Assembly: GCA_964016885.1 (NCBI GenBank)
Contig: OZ024741.1
Coordinates: 257,238,001 to 257,302,000 of the forward strand
Origin: Eledone cirrhosa
Lineage: Eukaryota
Direction of reading: 5' to 3'
DNA length: 64,000 nucleotides
In this document: in pieces, positions 42,207-56,400 of the stretch
Position numbering within the stretch: position 1 is the stretch's first letter
Layout of the letters: each line of letters begins with the position of its first letter
Position numbers and translations under genes: made by a program
The notes under the pieces: generated by a model
Databases searched by the model: none
Told to the model about the DNA's origin: nothing
Seen by the model: only the letters and a program-made list of their open reading frames with translations

Positions 42207-45049
42207 TTACGAGTGTTTCGGCGTACGAGTGTTTCGACTTACGAGTGTTTTGACTTACGTGTGTTTCGGCATACGAGTGTTTTGTCTTACGAGTGTTTTG
42301 ACTTACGGGTGTTTCGGCTTACGAGTGTTTCGACTTACGAGTGTTCTGACTTACGAGTGTTCCAACTTACGAGCGTTCCGACTTACGAGTGTTTCGGCTT
42401 ACGAGTGTTCCGACTTACGAGTGTTTCGACTTACGAGTGTTTTGACTTACGGTGTTTCGGCTTACGAGTGTTTTGACTTACGAGTGTTTTGACTTACGGG
42501 TGATTTGACATACGAGTGTTTCGATACGAGTGTTCTGACTTACGAGTGTTCTGACTTACGAGTGTTCTGACTTACGAGTGTTCTGACTTACGAGTGGTCT
42601 GACTTACGGGTGTTCTTACTTACGAGTGTTCCGACTTACGGGTGTTCTGACTTACGTGTGTTCCGACTTACGAGTGTTTCGGTTATGGGTGTTTCGACTT
42701 ACGAGTGTTTCGACTTACGAATGTTTTGGCTTACGAGTGTTTCGGCTTACGAATGTTTTGGCTTACGAGTGTTTCGGCTTACGGGTGTTTCGACTTACGA
42801 GTGTTTCGACTTACGAGTGTTTTGACTTACGGTGTTTTGACATACGAGTATTTCGATACGAGTGTTCTGACTTACGAGTGTTCTGACTTACGAGTGTTCT
42901 GACTTACGGGTGTTCTGACTTACGAGTGTTCCGACTTACGAGTGTTTCGGCTTATGAGGGTTTCGACTTACGAGTGCTTCGGCTTACGAGTGTTTCGACT
43001 TACGAGTGTTTCGGCTTACGAGTGTTTCGACTTACGAATGTTTTGGCTTACGAGTGTTTCGGCTTACGAGTGTTTCGACTTACGAGTGTTTCGACTTATG
43101 GTGTTTCGGCTTACGAGTGTTTCGACATACGAGTGTTTTGACGTACGGGTGTTTCGACCTACGGGTCTTTCGACTTACGAGTGTTTCGACTTACGAGTGT
43201 TTCGGCGTACGAGTGTTTCGACTTACGAGTGTTTCGACTTACGAGTGTTTCGACTTACGAGTGTTTCGACTTACGAGTGTTTTGAATTACGAGTGTTTTG
43301 ACTTACGGTGTTTCTGCTTACGAGTGTTTCGACTTACGAGTGTTATGACTTACGGGTGTTTTGACATACGAGTGTTTTCGATACGAGTGTTTCGACTTAC
43401 GAGTGTTTTGACTTACGAGTGTTTCGAGTTACGAGTGTTTCGACTTACGAATGTTTTTACTTACGAATGTTCTGACTTACGGGTGTTTCGGCTTACGAGT
43501 GTTTCGACTTACGAGTGTTTTAAATTACGGGTGTTTCTACTTACGCGTGTTTCGACTTGCAAGTGTTTCGACTTACGAGTGTTTCGACTACGAATGTTCC
43601 GACTTACGAGTGTTTCGACTTATGAGTGTTTCTACTTACGAGTGTTCTGACTTACGGGTGTTCCGACTTACGAGTGTTTCGGCTTACGATTGTTTTGACT
43701 TACGATTGTATTGGCTTACGAATGTTTCGACTTACTTCGACTTACGAGTGATCTGACTTACGAGTGTTCCTACTTACGAGTGTTTCGACTTAGGAGTGTT
43801 TCGACTTACGAGTGTTTCGGCTTACGAGTGTTTCGGTGTTTCGGCTCACGTGTGTTTCGACTTACGAGTGTTTCGACTTACGAGTGTTTCGGCTTATGAG
43901 TGTTTCGACTTACGAGTGCTTCGGCTTACGAGTGTTTCGACTTACGAGTGTTTCGGCTTACGAGTGTTTCGACGTACGAATGTTTTGGCTTACGAGTGTT
44001 TCGGCTTATGAGTGTTTCGACTTACGAGTGTTTCGACATACGAGTGTTTCGGCTTACGAGTGTTTCGACTTACGAGTGTTTCGGCTTACGAGTGTTTCAG
44101 TGTTTCGGCTTACGTGTTTTTTGACTTACGAGTGTTTCGACTTACGAGTGTTTCGGCTTACGAGTGTTTTGACTTACGATTGTTTGGGCTTAGGAATGTT
44201 TCGACTTACGAGTGTTTCGACTTACGAGTGTTTTGACTTACGGTGTTTCGGCTTACGAGTGTTTTGACTTACGAGTGTTTTGACTTACGCGTGTTTTGAC
44301 ATACGAGTGTTTCGATACGAGTGTTCTGACTTACGAGTGTTCTGACTTACGAGTGTTCTGACTTACGAGTGTTCTGACTTACGAGTGGTCTGACTTACGG
44401 GTGTTCTGACTTACGAGTGTTCCGACTTACGAGTGTTTCAGCTTATGAGTGTTTCGGCTTACGAGTGTTTCGACTTATGAGTGTTTCGACTTACGAGTGT
44501 TTTGACTTATGGTGTTTCGGCTTACGAGTGTTTCGACATACGAGTGTTTTGACTTACGCGGGTTTCGACTTACGGGTGTTTCGACGTAAGAGTGTTTCGA
44601 CTTACGAGCGCTTCGACTTACGAGTGTTTCGACTTACGAGTGTTTCGGCGTACGAGTGTTTTGACTTACGAGTGCTTTGACTTACGAATGTTTTGAAATA
44701 CTTCGACTTACGAGTGATCTGACTTACGAGTGTTCCTACTTACGAGTGTTTCGACTTACGAGTGTTCTGACTTACGAGTGTTCTGACTTACGAGTGTTCT
44801 GACTTACGAGTGTTCCGACTTACGAGTGTTTCGACTTACGAGTGTTTTGACTTACGAATGTTCTGACTTACGAGTGGTTCGCCTTACGAGTGTTTCGACT
44901 TACGAGTGTTTTAACTTACGGGTGTTTCGACTTACGCGTGTTTCGACTTACGAGTGTTTCGATTTACGAGTGTTTCGACTTACGAATGTTCCGACTTACG
45001 AGTGTTTCTACTTACGAGTGTTTCGGCTTACGAGTGTTTCGACTTACGA

Positions 45050-45126
45050 AAATAACAAATAGACGCGGTTTCAAATATCTATGCTTTTCAAATTCATTAC
45101 ATTAATCTTTATTTATACGTTTCGCT
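45050..45126 (+). repeat. 77-bp block, copy 14
   Basis: Direct sequence match. Confidence 0.97.
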
Positions 45127-48100
45127 TTACGAGTGTTTCGGCGTACGAGTGTTTCGACTTACGAGTGTTTTGACTTACGTGTGTTTCGGCATACGAGTGT
45201 TTTGTCTTACGAGTGTTTTGACTTACGGGTGTTTCGGCTTACGAGTGTTTCGACTTACGAGTGTTCTGACTTACGAGTGTTCCAACTTACGAGCGTTCCG
45301 ACTTACGAGTGTTTCGGCTTACGAGTGTTCCGACTTACGAGTGTTTCGACTTACGAGTGTTTTGACTTACGGTGTTTCGGCTTACGAGTGTTTTGACTTA
45401 CGAGTGTTTTGACTTACGGGTGATTTGACATACGAGTGTTCTGACTTACGAGTGTTCTGACTTACGAGTGTTCTGACTTACGAGTGTTCTGACTTACGAG
45501 TGGTCTGACTTACGGGTGTTCTTACTTACGAGTGTTCCGACTTACGGGTGTTCTGACTTACGTGTGTTCCGACTTACGAGTGTTTCGGTTATGGGTGTTT
45601 CGACTTACGAGTGTTTCGACTTACGAATGTTTTGGCTTACGAGTGTTTCGGCTTACGAATGTTTTGGCTTACGAGTGTTTCGGCTTACGGGTGTTTCGAC
45701 TTACGAGTGTTTCGACTTACGAGTGTTTTGACTTACGGTGTTTCGGCTTACGATTTATTCGACTTACGAGTGTTTCGACTTACGGGTGTTTCGACTTACT
45801 TGTGTTTCGACTTACGAGTGTTTCGACTTATGAGTGTTTCGACTTACGAGTGTTCTGACTTACGAGTGTTCTGACTTACGAGTGTTCCGACTTACGAGTG
45901 TTTCGGTTTACGAGTGTTTCGACATACGAGTGTTTTGACTTACGGGTGTTTCGACTTACGGGTGTTTCGACTTACGAGTGTTTCGGCTTACGAGTGTTCC
46001 GACTTACGAGTGTTTCGACTTACGAGTGTTTTGACTTACGGTGTTTCGGCTTACGAGTGTTTTGACTTACGAGTGTTTTGACTTACGGGTGATTTGACAT
46101 ACGAGTGTTTCGATACGAGTGTTCTGACTTACGAGTGTTCTGACTTACGAGTGTTCTGACTTACGAGTGTTCTGACTTACGAGTGGTCTGACTTACGGGT
46201 GTTCTTACTTACGAGTGTTCCGACTTACGGGTGTTCTGACTTACGTGTGTTCCGACTTACGAGTGTTTCGGTTATGGGTGTTTCGACTTACGAGTGTTTC
46301 GACTTACGAATGTTTTGGCTTACGAGTGTTTCGGCTTACAAATGTTTTGGCTTACGAGTGTTTCGGCTTACGGGTGTTTCGACTTACGAGTGTTTCGACT
46401 TACGAGTGTTTTGACTTACGGTGTTTTGACATACGAGTGTTTCGATACGAGTGTTCTGACTTACGAGTGTTCTGACTTACGAGTGTTCTGACTTACGGGT
46501 GTTCTGACTTACGAGTGTTCCGACTTACGAGTGTTTCGGCTTATGAGGGTTTCGACTTACGAGTGCTTCGGCTTACGAGTGTTTCGACTTACGAGTGTTT
46601 CGGCTTACGAGTGTTTCGACTTACGAATGTTTTGGCTTACGAGTGTTTCGGCTTACGAGTGTTTCGACTTACGAGTGTTTCGACTTATGGTGTTTCGGCT
46701 TACGAGTGTTTCGACATACGAGTGTTTTGACGTACGGGTGTTTCGACCTACGGGTCTTTCGACTTACGAGTGTTTCGACTTACGAGTGTTTCGGCGTACG
46801 AGTGTTTCGACTTACGAGTGTTTCGACTTACGAGTGTTTCGACTTACGAGTGTTTCGACTTACGAGTGTTTTGAATTACGAGTGTTTTGACTTACGGTGT
46901 TTCTGCTTACGAGTGTTTCGACTTACGAGTGTTATGACTTACGGGTGTTTTGACATACGAGTGTTTTCGATACGAGTGTTTCGACTTACGAGTGTTTTGA
47001 CTTACGAGTGTTTCGAGTTACGAGTGTTTCGACTTACGAATGTTTTTACTTACGAATGTTCTGACTTACGGGTGTTTCGGCTTACGAGTGTTTCGACTTA
47101 CGAGTGTTTTAAATTACGGGTGTTTCTACTTACGCGTGTTTCGACTTGCAAGTGTTTCGACTTACGAGTGTTTCGACTACGAATGTTCCGACTTACGAGT
47201 GTTTCGACTTATGAGTGTTTCGACTTACGAGTGTTCTGACTTACGGGTGTTCCGAGTTACGAGTGTTTCGGCTTACGATTGTTTTGACTTACGATTGTAT
47301 TGGCTTACGAATGTTTCGACTTACTTCGACTTACGAGTGATCTGACTTACGAGTGTTCCTACTTACGAGTGTTTCGACTTAGGAGTGTTTCGACTTGCGA
47401 GTGTTTCGACTTACGAGTGTTTCGGCTTACGAGTGTTTCGGTGTTTCGGCTCACGTGTGTTTCGACTTACGAGTGTTTCGACTTACGAGTGTTTCGGCTT
47501 ATGAGTGTTTCGACTTACGAGTGCTTCGGCTTACGAGTGTTTCGACTTACGAGTGTTTCGGCTTACGAGTGTTTCGACGTACGAATGTTTTGGCTTACGA
47601 GTGTTTCGGCTTATGAGTGTTTCGACTTACGAGTGTTTCGACATACGAGTGTTTCGGCTTACGAGTGTTTCGACTTACGAGTGTTTCGGCTTACGAGTGT
47701 TTCAGTGTTTCGGCTTACGTGTTTTTTGACTTACGAGTGTTTCGACTTACGAGTGTTTCGGCTTACGAGTGTTTCGACTTACGATTGTTTGGGCTTAGGA
47801 ATGTTTCGACTTACGAGTGTTTCGACTTACGAGTGTTTTGACTTACGGTGTTTCGGCTTACGAGTGTTTTGACTTACGAGTGTTTTGACTTACGCGTGTT
47901 TTGACATACGAGTGTTTCGATACGAGTGTTCTGACTTACGAGTGTTCTGACTTACGAGTGTTCTGACTTACGAGTGTTCTGACTTACGAGTGGTCTGACT
48001 TACGGGTGTTCTGACTTACGAGTGTTCCGACTTACGAGTGTTTCAGCTTATGAGTGTTTCGACTTACGAGTGCTTCGGTTTGCGAGTGTTTCGACTTACG

Positions 48101-50463
48101 AGTGTTTCGGCTTACGAGTGTTTCGACTTATGAGTGTTTCGACTTACGAGTGTTTTGACTTATGGTGTTTCGGCTTACGAGTGTTTCGACATACGAGTGT
48201 TTTGACTTACGCGGGTTTCGACTTACGGGTGTTTCGACGTAAGAGTGTTTCGACTTACGAGCGCTTCGACTTACGAGTGTTTCGACTTACGAGTGTTTCG
48301 GCGTACGAGTGTTTTGACTTACGAGTGCTTTGACTTACGAATGTTTTGAATTACTTCGACTTACGAGTGATCTGACTTACGAGTGTTCCTACTTACGAGT
48401 GTTTCGACTTACGAGTGTTTTGACTTACGGTGTTTTGACATACGAGTGTTTCGATACGAGTGTTCTGACTTACGAGTGTTCTGACTTACGAGTGTTCTGA
48501 CTTACGGGTGTTCTGACTTACGAGTGTTCCGACTTACGAGTGTTTCGGCTTATGAGGGTTTCGACTTACGAGTGCTTCGGCTTACGAGTGTTTCGACTTA
48601 CGAGTGTTTCGGCTTACGAGTGTTTCGACTTACGAATGTTTTGGCTTACGAGTGTTTCGGCTTACGAGTGTTTCGACTTACGAGTGTTTCGACTTATGGT
48701 GTTTCGGCTTACGAGTGTTTCGACATACGAGTGTTTTGACGTACGGGTGTTTCGACCTACGGGTCTTTCGACTTACGAGTGTTTCGACTTACGAGTGTTT
48801 CGGCGTACGAGTGTTTCGACTTACGAGTGTTTCGACTTACGAGTGTTTCGACTTACGAGTGTTTCGACTTACGAGTGTTTTGAATTACGAGTGTTTTGAC
48901 TTACGGTGTTTCTGCTTACGAGTGTTTCGACTTACGAGTGTTATGACTTACGGGTGTTTTGACATACGAGTGTTTTCGATACGAGTGTTTCGACTTACGA
49001 GTGTTTTGACTTACGAGTGTTTCGAGTTACGAGTGTTTCGACTTACGAATGTTTTTACTTACGAATGTTCTGACTTACGGGTGTTTCGGCTTACGAGTGT
49101 TTCGACTTACGAGTGTTTTAAATTACGGGTGTTTCTACTTACGCGTGTTTCGACTTGCAAGTGTTTCGACTTACGAGTGTTTCGACTACGAATGTTCCGA
49201 CTTACGAGTGTTTCGACTTATGAGTGTTTCGACTTACGAGTGTTCTGACTTACGGGTGTTCCGACTTACGAGTGTTTCGGCTTACGATTGTTTTGACTTA
49301 CGATTGTATTGGCTTACGAATGTTTCGACTTACTTCGACTTACGAGTGATCTGACTTACGAGTGTTCCTACTTACGAGTGTTTCGACTTACGAGTGTTTC
49401 GACATACGAGTGTTTCGGCTTACGAGTGTTTCGACTTACGAGTGTTTCGGCTTACGAGTGTTTCAGTGTTTCGGCTTACGTGTTTTTTGACTTACGAGTG
49501 TTTCGACTTACGAGTGTTTCGGCTTACGAGTGTTTCGACTTACGATTGTTTGGGCTTAGGAATGTTTCGACTTACGAGTGTTTCGACTTACGAGTGTTTT
49601 GACTTACGGTGTTTCGGCTTACGAGTGTTTTGACTTACGAGTGTTTTGACTTACGCGTGTTTTGACATACGAGTGTTTCGATACGAGTGTTCTGACTTAC
49701 GAGTGTTCTGACTTACGAGTGTTCTGACTTACGAGTGTTCTGACTTACGAGTGGTCTGACTTACGGGTGTTCTGACTTACGAGTGTTCCGACTTACGAGT
49801 GTTTCAGCTTATGAGTGTTTCGACTTACGAGTGCTTCGGTTTGCGAGTGTTTCGACTTACGAGTGTTTCGGCTTACGAGTGTTTCGACTTATGAGTGTTT
49901 CGACTTACGAGTGTTTTGACTTATGGTGTTTCGGCTTACGAGTGTTTCGACATACGAGTGTTTTGACTTACGCGGGTTTCGACTTACGGGTGTTTCGACG
50001 TAAGAGTGTTTCGACTTACGAGCGCTTCGACTTACGAGTGTTTCGACTTACGAGTGTTTCGGCGTACGAGTGTTTTGACTTACGAGTGCTTTGACTTACG
50101 AATGTTTTGAATTACTTCGACTTACGAGTGATCTGACTTACGAGTGTTCCTACTTACGAGTGTTTCGACTTACGAGTGTTCTGACTTACGAGTGTTCTGA
50201 CTTACGAGTGTTCTGACTTACGAGTGTTCCGACTTACGAGTGTTTCGACTTACGAGTGTTTTGACTTACGAATGTTCTGACTTACGAGTGGTTCGCCTTA
50301 CGAGTGTTTCGACTTACGAGTGTTTTAACTTACGGGTGTTTCGACTTACGCGTGTTTCGACTTACGAGTGTTTCGATTTACGAGTGTTTCGACTTACGAA
50401 TGTTCCGACTTACGAGTGTTTCTACTTACGAGTGTTTCGGCTTACGAGTGTTTCGACTTACGA

Positions 50464-50540
50464 AAATAACAAATAGACGCGGTTTCAAATATCTATGCTT
50501 TTCAAATTCATTACATTAATCTTTATTTATACGTTTCGCT
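50464..50540 (+). repeat. 77-bp block, copy 15
   Basis: Direct sequence match; 8,334 bp after copy 13. Confidence 0.97.
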
Positions 50541-53383
50541 TTACGAGTGTTTCGGCGTACGAGTGTTTCGACTTACGAGTGTTTTGACTTACGTGTGTTT
50601 CGGCATACGAGTGTTTTGTCTTACGAGTGTTTTGACTTACGGGTGTTTCGGCTTACGAGTGTTTCGACTTACGAGTGTTCTGACTTACGAGTGTTCCAAC
50701 TTACGAGCGTTCCGACTTACGAGTGTTTCGGCTTACGAGTGTTCCGACTTACGAGTGTTTCGACTTACGAGTGTTTTGACTTACGGTGTTTCGGCTTACG
50801 AGTGTTTTGACTTACGAGTGTTTTGACTTACGGGTGATTTGACATACGAGTGTTTCGATACGAGTGTTCTGACTTACGAGTGTTCTGACTTACGAGTGTT
50901 CTGACTTACGAGTGTTCTGACTTACGAGTGGTCTGACTTACGGGTGTTCTTACTTACGAGTGTTCCGACTTACGGGTGTTCTGACTTACGTGTGTTCCGA
51001 CTTACGAGTGTTTCGGTTATGGGTGTTTCGACTTACGAGTGTTTCGACTTACGAATGTTTTGGCTTACGAGTGTTTCGGCTTACGAATGTTTTGGCTTAC
51101 GAGTGTTTCGGCTTACGGGTGTTTCGACTTACGAGTGTTTCGACTTACGAGTGTTTTGACTTACGGTGTTTTGACATACGAGTATTTCGATACGAGTGTT
51201 CTGACTTACGAGTGTTCTGACTTACGAGTGTTCTGACTTACGGGTGTTCTGACTTACGAGTGTTCCGACTTACGAGTGTTTCGGCTTATGAGGGTTTCGA
51301 CTTACGAGTGCTTCGGCTTACGAGTGTTTCGACTTACGAGTGTTTCGGCTTACGAGTGTTTCGACTTACGAATGTTTTGGCTTACGAGTGTTTCGGCTTA
51401 CGAGTGTTTCGACTTACGAGTGTTTCGACTTATGGTGTTTCGGCTTACGAGTGTTTCGACATACGAGTGTTTTGACGTACGGGTGTTTCGACCTACGGGT
51501 CTTTCGACTTACGAGTGTTTCGACTTACGAGTGTTTCGGCGTACGAGTGTTTCGACTTACGAGTGTTTCGACTTACGAGTGTTTCGACTTACGAGTGTTT
51601 CGACTTACGAGTGTTTTGAATTACGAGTGTTTTGACTTACGGTGTTTCTGCTTACGAGTGTTTCGACTTACGAGTGTTATGACTTACGGGTGTTTTGACA
51701 TACGAGTGTTTTCGATACGAGTGTTTCGACTTACGAGTGTTTTGACTTACGAGTGTTTCGAGTTACGAGTGTTTCGACTTACGAATGTTTTTACTTACGA
51801 ATGTTCTGACTTACGGGTGTTTCGGCTTACGAGTGTTTCGACTTACGAGTGTTTTAAATTACGGGTGTTTCTACTTACGCGTGTTTCGACTTGCAAGTGT
51901 TTCGACTTACGAGTGTTTCGACTACGAATGTTCCGACTTACGAGTGTTTCGACTTATGAGTGTTTCTACTTACGAGTGTTCTGACTTACGGGTGTTCCGA
52001 CTTACGAGTGTTTCGGCTTACGATTGTTTTGACTTACGATTGTATTGGCTTACGAATGTTTCGACTTACTTCGACTTACGAGTGATCTGACTTACGAGTG
52101 TTCCTACTTACGAGTGTTTCGACTTAGGAGTGTTTCGACTTACGAGTGTTTCGGCTTACGAGTGTTTCGGTGTTTCGGCTCACGTGTGTTTCGACTTACG
52201 AGTGTTTCGACTTACGAGTGTTTCGGCTTATGAGTGTTTCGACTTACGAGTGCTTCGGCTTACGAGTGTTTCGACTTACGAGTGTTTCGGCTTACGAGTG
52301 TTTCGACGTACGAATGTTTTGGCTTACGAGTGTTTCGGCTTATGAGTGTTTCGACTTACGAGTGTTTCGACATACGAGTGTTTCGGCTTACGAGTGTTTC
52401 GACTTACGAGTGTTTCGGCTTACGAGTGTTTCAGTGTTTCGGCTTACGTGTTTTTTGACTTACGAGTGTTTCGACTTACGAGTGTTTCGGCTTACGAGTG
52501 TTTCGACTTACGATTGTTTGGGCTTAGGAATGTTTCGACTTACGAGTGTTTCGACTTACGAGTGTTTTGACTTACGGTGTTTCGGCTTACGAGTGTTTTG
52601 ACTTACGAGTGTTTTGACTTACGCGTGTTTTGACATACGAGTGTTTCGATACGAGTGTTCTGACTTACGAGTGTTCTGACTTACGAGTGTTCTGACTTAC
52701 GAGTGTTCTGACTTACGAGTGGTCTGACTTACGGGTGTTCTGACTTACGAGTGTTCCGACTTACGAGTGTTTCAGCTTATGAGTGTTTCGGCTTACGAGT
52801 GTTTCGACTTATGAGTGTTTCGACTTACGAGTGTTTTGACTTATGGTGTTTCGGCTTACGAGTGTTTCGACATACGAGTGTTTTGACTTACGCGGGTTTC
52901 GACTTACGGGTGTTTCGACGTAAGAGTGTTTCGACTTACGAGCGCTTCGACTTACGAGTGTTTCGACTTACGAGTGTTTCGGCGTACGAGTGTTTTGACT
53001 TACGAGTGCTTTGACTTACGAATGTTTTGAAATACTTCGACTTACGAGTGATCTGACTTACGAGTGTTCCTACTTACGAGTGTTTCGACTTACGAGTGTT
53101 CTGACTTACGAGTGTTCTGACTTACGAGTGTTCTGACTTACGAGTGTTCCGACTTACGAGTGTTTCGACTTACGAGTGTTTTGACTTACGAATGTTCTGA
53201 CTTACGAGTGGTTCGCCTTACGAGTGTTTCGACTTACGAGTGTTTTAACTTACGGGTGTTTCGACTTACGCGTGTTTCGACTTACGAGTGTTTCGATTTA
53301 CGAGTGTTTCGACTTACGAATGTTCCGACTTACGAGTGTTTCTACTTACGAGTGTTTCGGCTTACGAGTGTTTCGACTTACGA

Positions 53384-53460
53384 AAATAACAAATAGACGC
53401 GGTTTCAAATATCTATGCTTTTCAAATTCATTACATTAATCTTTATTTATACGTTTCGCT
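53384..53460 (+). repeat. 77-bp block, copy 16
   Basis: Direct sequence match; 8,334 bp after copy 14. Confidence 0.97.
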
Positions 53461-56400
53461 TTACGAGTGTTTCGGCGTACGAGTGTTTCGACTTACGAGT
53501 GTTTTGACTTACGTGTGTTTCGGCATACGAGTGTTTTGTCTTACGAGTGTTTTGACTTACGGGTGTTTCGGCTTACGAGTGTTTCGACTTACGAGTGTTC
53601 TGACTTACGAGTGTTCCAACTTACGAGCGTTCCGACTTACGAGTGTTTCGGCTTACGAGTGTTCCGACTTACGAGTGTTTCGACTTACGAGTGTTTTGAC
53701 TTACGGTGTTTCGGCTTACGAGTGTTTTGACTTACGAGTGTTTTGACTTACGGGTGATTTGACATACGAGTGTTCTGACTTACGAGTGTTCTGACTTACG
53801 AGTGTTCTGACTTACGAGTGTTCTGACTTACGAGTGGTCTGACTTACGGGTGTTCTTACTTACGAGTGTTCCGACTTACGGGTGTTCTGACTTACGTGTG
53901 TTCCGACTTACGAGTGTTTCGGTTATGGGTGTTTCGACTTACGAGTGTTTCGACTTACGAATGTTTTGGCTTACGAGTGTTTCGGCTTACGAATGTTTTG
54001 GCTTACGAGTGTTTCGGCTTACGGGTGTTTCGACTTACGAGTGTTTCGACTTACGAGTGTTTTGACTTACGGTGTTTCGGCTTACGATTTATTCGACTTA
54101 CGAGTGTTTCGACTTACGGGTGTTTCGACTTACTTGTGTTTCGACTTACGAGTGTTTCGACTTATGAGTGTTTCGACTTACGAGTGTTCTGACTTACGAG
54201 TGTTCTGACTTACGAGTGTTCCGACTTACGAGTGTTTCGGTTTACGAGTGTTTCGACATACGAGTGTTTTGACTTACGGGTGTTTCGACTTACGGGTGTT
54301 TCGACTTACGAGTGTTTCGGCTTACGAGTGTTCCGACTTACGAGTGTTTCGACTTACGAGTGTTTTGACTTACGGTGTTTCGGCTTACGAGTGTTTTGAC
54401 TTACGAGTGTTTTGACTTACGGGTGATTTGACATACGAGTGTTTCGATACGAGTGTTCTGACTTACGAGTGTTCTGACTTACGAGTGTTCTGACTTACGA
54501 GTGTTCTGACTTACGAGTGGTCTGACTTACGGGTGTTCTTACTTACGAGTGTTCCGACTTACGGGTGTTCTGACTTACGTGTGTTCCGACTTACGAGTGT
54601 TTCGGTTATGGGTGTTTCGACTTACGAGTGTTTCGACTTACGAATGTTTTGGCTTACGAGTGTTTCGGCTTACAAATGTTTTGGCTTACGAGTGTTTCGG
54701 CTTACGGGTGTTTCGACTTACGAGTGTTTCGACTTACGAGTGTTTTGACTTACGGTGTTTTGACATACGAGTGTTTCGATACGAGTGTTCTGACTTACGA
54801 GTGTTCTGACTTACGAGTGTTCTGACTTACGGGTGTTCTGACTTACGAGTGTTCCGACTTACGAGTGTTTCGGCTTATGAGGGTTTCGACTTACGAGTGC
54901 TTCGGCTTACGAGTGTTTCGACTTACGAGTGTTTCGGCTTACGAGTGTTTCGACTTACGAATGTTTTGGCTTACGAGTGTTTCGGCTTACGAGTGTTTCG
55001 ACTTACGAGTGTTTCGACTTATGGTGTTTCGGCTTACGAGTGTTTCGACATACGAGTGTTTTGACGTACGGGTGTTTCGACCTACGGGTCTTTCGACTTA
55101 CGAGTGTTTCGACTTACGAGTGTTTCGGCGTACGAGTGTTTCGACTTACGAGTGTTTCGACTTACGAGTGTTTCGACTTACGAGTGTTTCGACTTACGAG
55201 TGTTTTGAATTACGAGTGTTTTGACTTACGGTGTTTCTGCTTACGAGTGTTTCGACTTACGAGTGTTATGACTTACGGGTGTTTTGACATACGAGTGTTT
55301 TCGATACGAGTGTTTCGACTTACGAGTGTTTTGACTTACGAGTGTTTCGAGTTACGAGTGTTTCGACTTACGAATGTTTTTACTTACGAATGTTCTGACT
55401 TACGGGTGTTTCGGCTTACGAGTGTTTCGACTTACGAGTGTTTTAAATTACGGGTGTTTCTACTTACGCGTGTTTCGACTTGCAAGTGTTTCGACTTACG
55501 AGTGTTTCGACTACGAATGTTCCGACTTACGAGTGTTTCGACTTATGAGTGTTTCGACTTACGAGTGTTCTGACTTACGGGTGTTCCGAGTTACGAGTGT
55601 TTCGGCTTACGATTGTTTTGACTTACGATTGTATTGGCTTACGAATGTTTCGACTTACTTCGACTTACGAGTGATCTGACTTACGAGTGTTCCTACTTAC
55701 GAGTGTTTCGACTTAGGAGTGTTTCGACTTGCGAGTGTTTCGACTTACGAGTGTTTCGGCTTACGAGTGTTTCGGTGTTTCGGCTCACGTGTGTTTCGAC
55801 TTACGAGTGTTTCGACTTACGAGTGTTTCGGCTTATGAGTGTTTCGACTTACGAGTGCTTCGGCTTACGAGTGTTTCGACTTACGAGTGTTTCGGCTTAC
55901 GAGTGTTTCGACGTACGAATGTTTTGGCTTACGAGTGTTTCGGCTTATGAGTGTTTCGACTTACGAGTGTTTCGACATACGAGTGTTTCGGCTTACGAGT
56001 GTTTCGACTTACGAGTGTTTCGGCTTACGAGTGTTTCAGTGTTTCGGCTTACGTGTTTTTTGACTTACGAGTGTTTCGACTTACGAGTGTTTCGGCTTAC
56101 GAGTGTTTCGACTTACGATTGTTTGGGCTTAGGAATGTTTCGACTTACGAGTGTTTCGACTTACGAGTGTTTTGACTTACGGTGTTTCGGCTTACGAGTG
56201 TTTTGACTTACGAGTGTTTTGACTTACGCGTGTTTTGACATACGAGTGTTTCGATACGAGTGTTCTGACTTACGAGTGTTCTGACTTACGAGTGTTCTGA
56301 CTTACGAGTGTTCTGACTTACGAGTGGTCTGACTTACGGGTGTTCTGACTTACGAGTGTTCCGACTTACGAGTGTTTCAGCTTATGAGTGTTTCGACTTA

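Larger units (their letters stand above)
12790..43208 (+). repeat. Large tandem duplication: ~16.1-kb copy (about 12790-28924) and ~14.3-kb copy (about 28925-43208)
   Basis: The rare string ...CGACCTACGACTG...TGGCCTAGGAG occurs at ~12850-12910 and ~28985-29045 (offset 16,135). Block alleles pair 4/9 and 5/10. ORF offsets shrink through 16,135, 14,541, 14,525 and 14,284 as indels accumulate. Boundaries are approximate. Confidence 0.88.
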
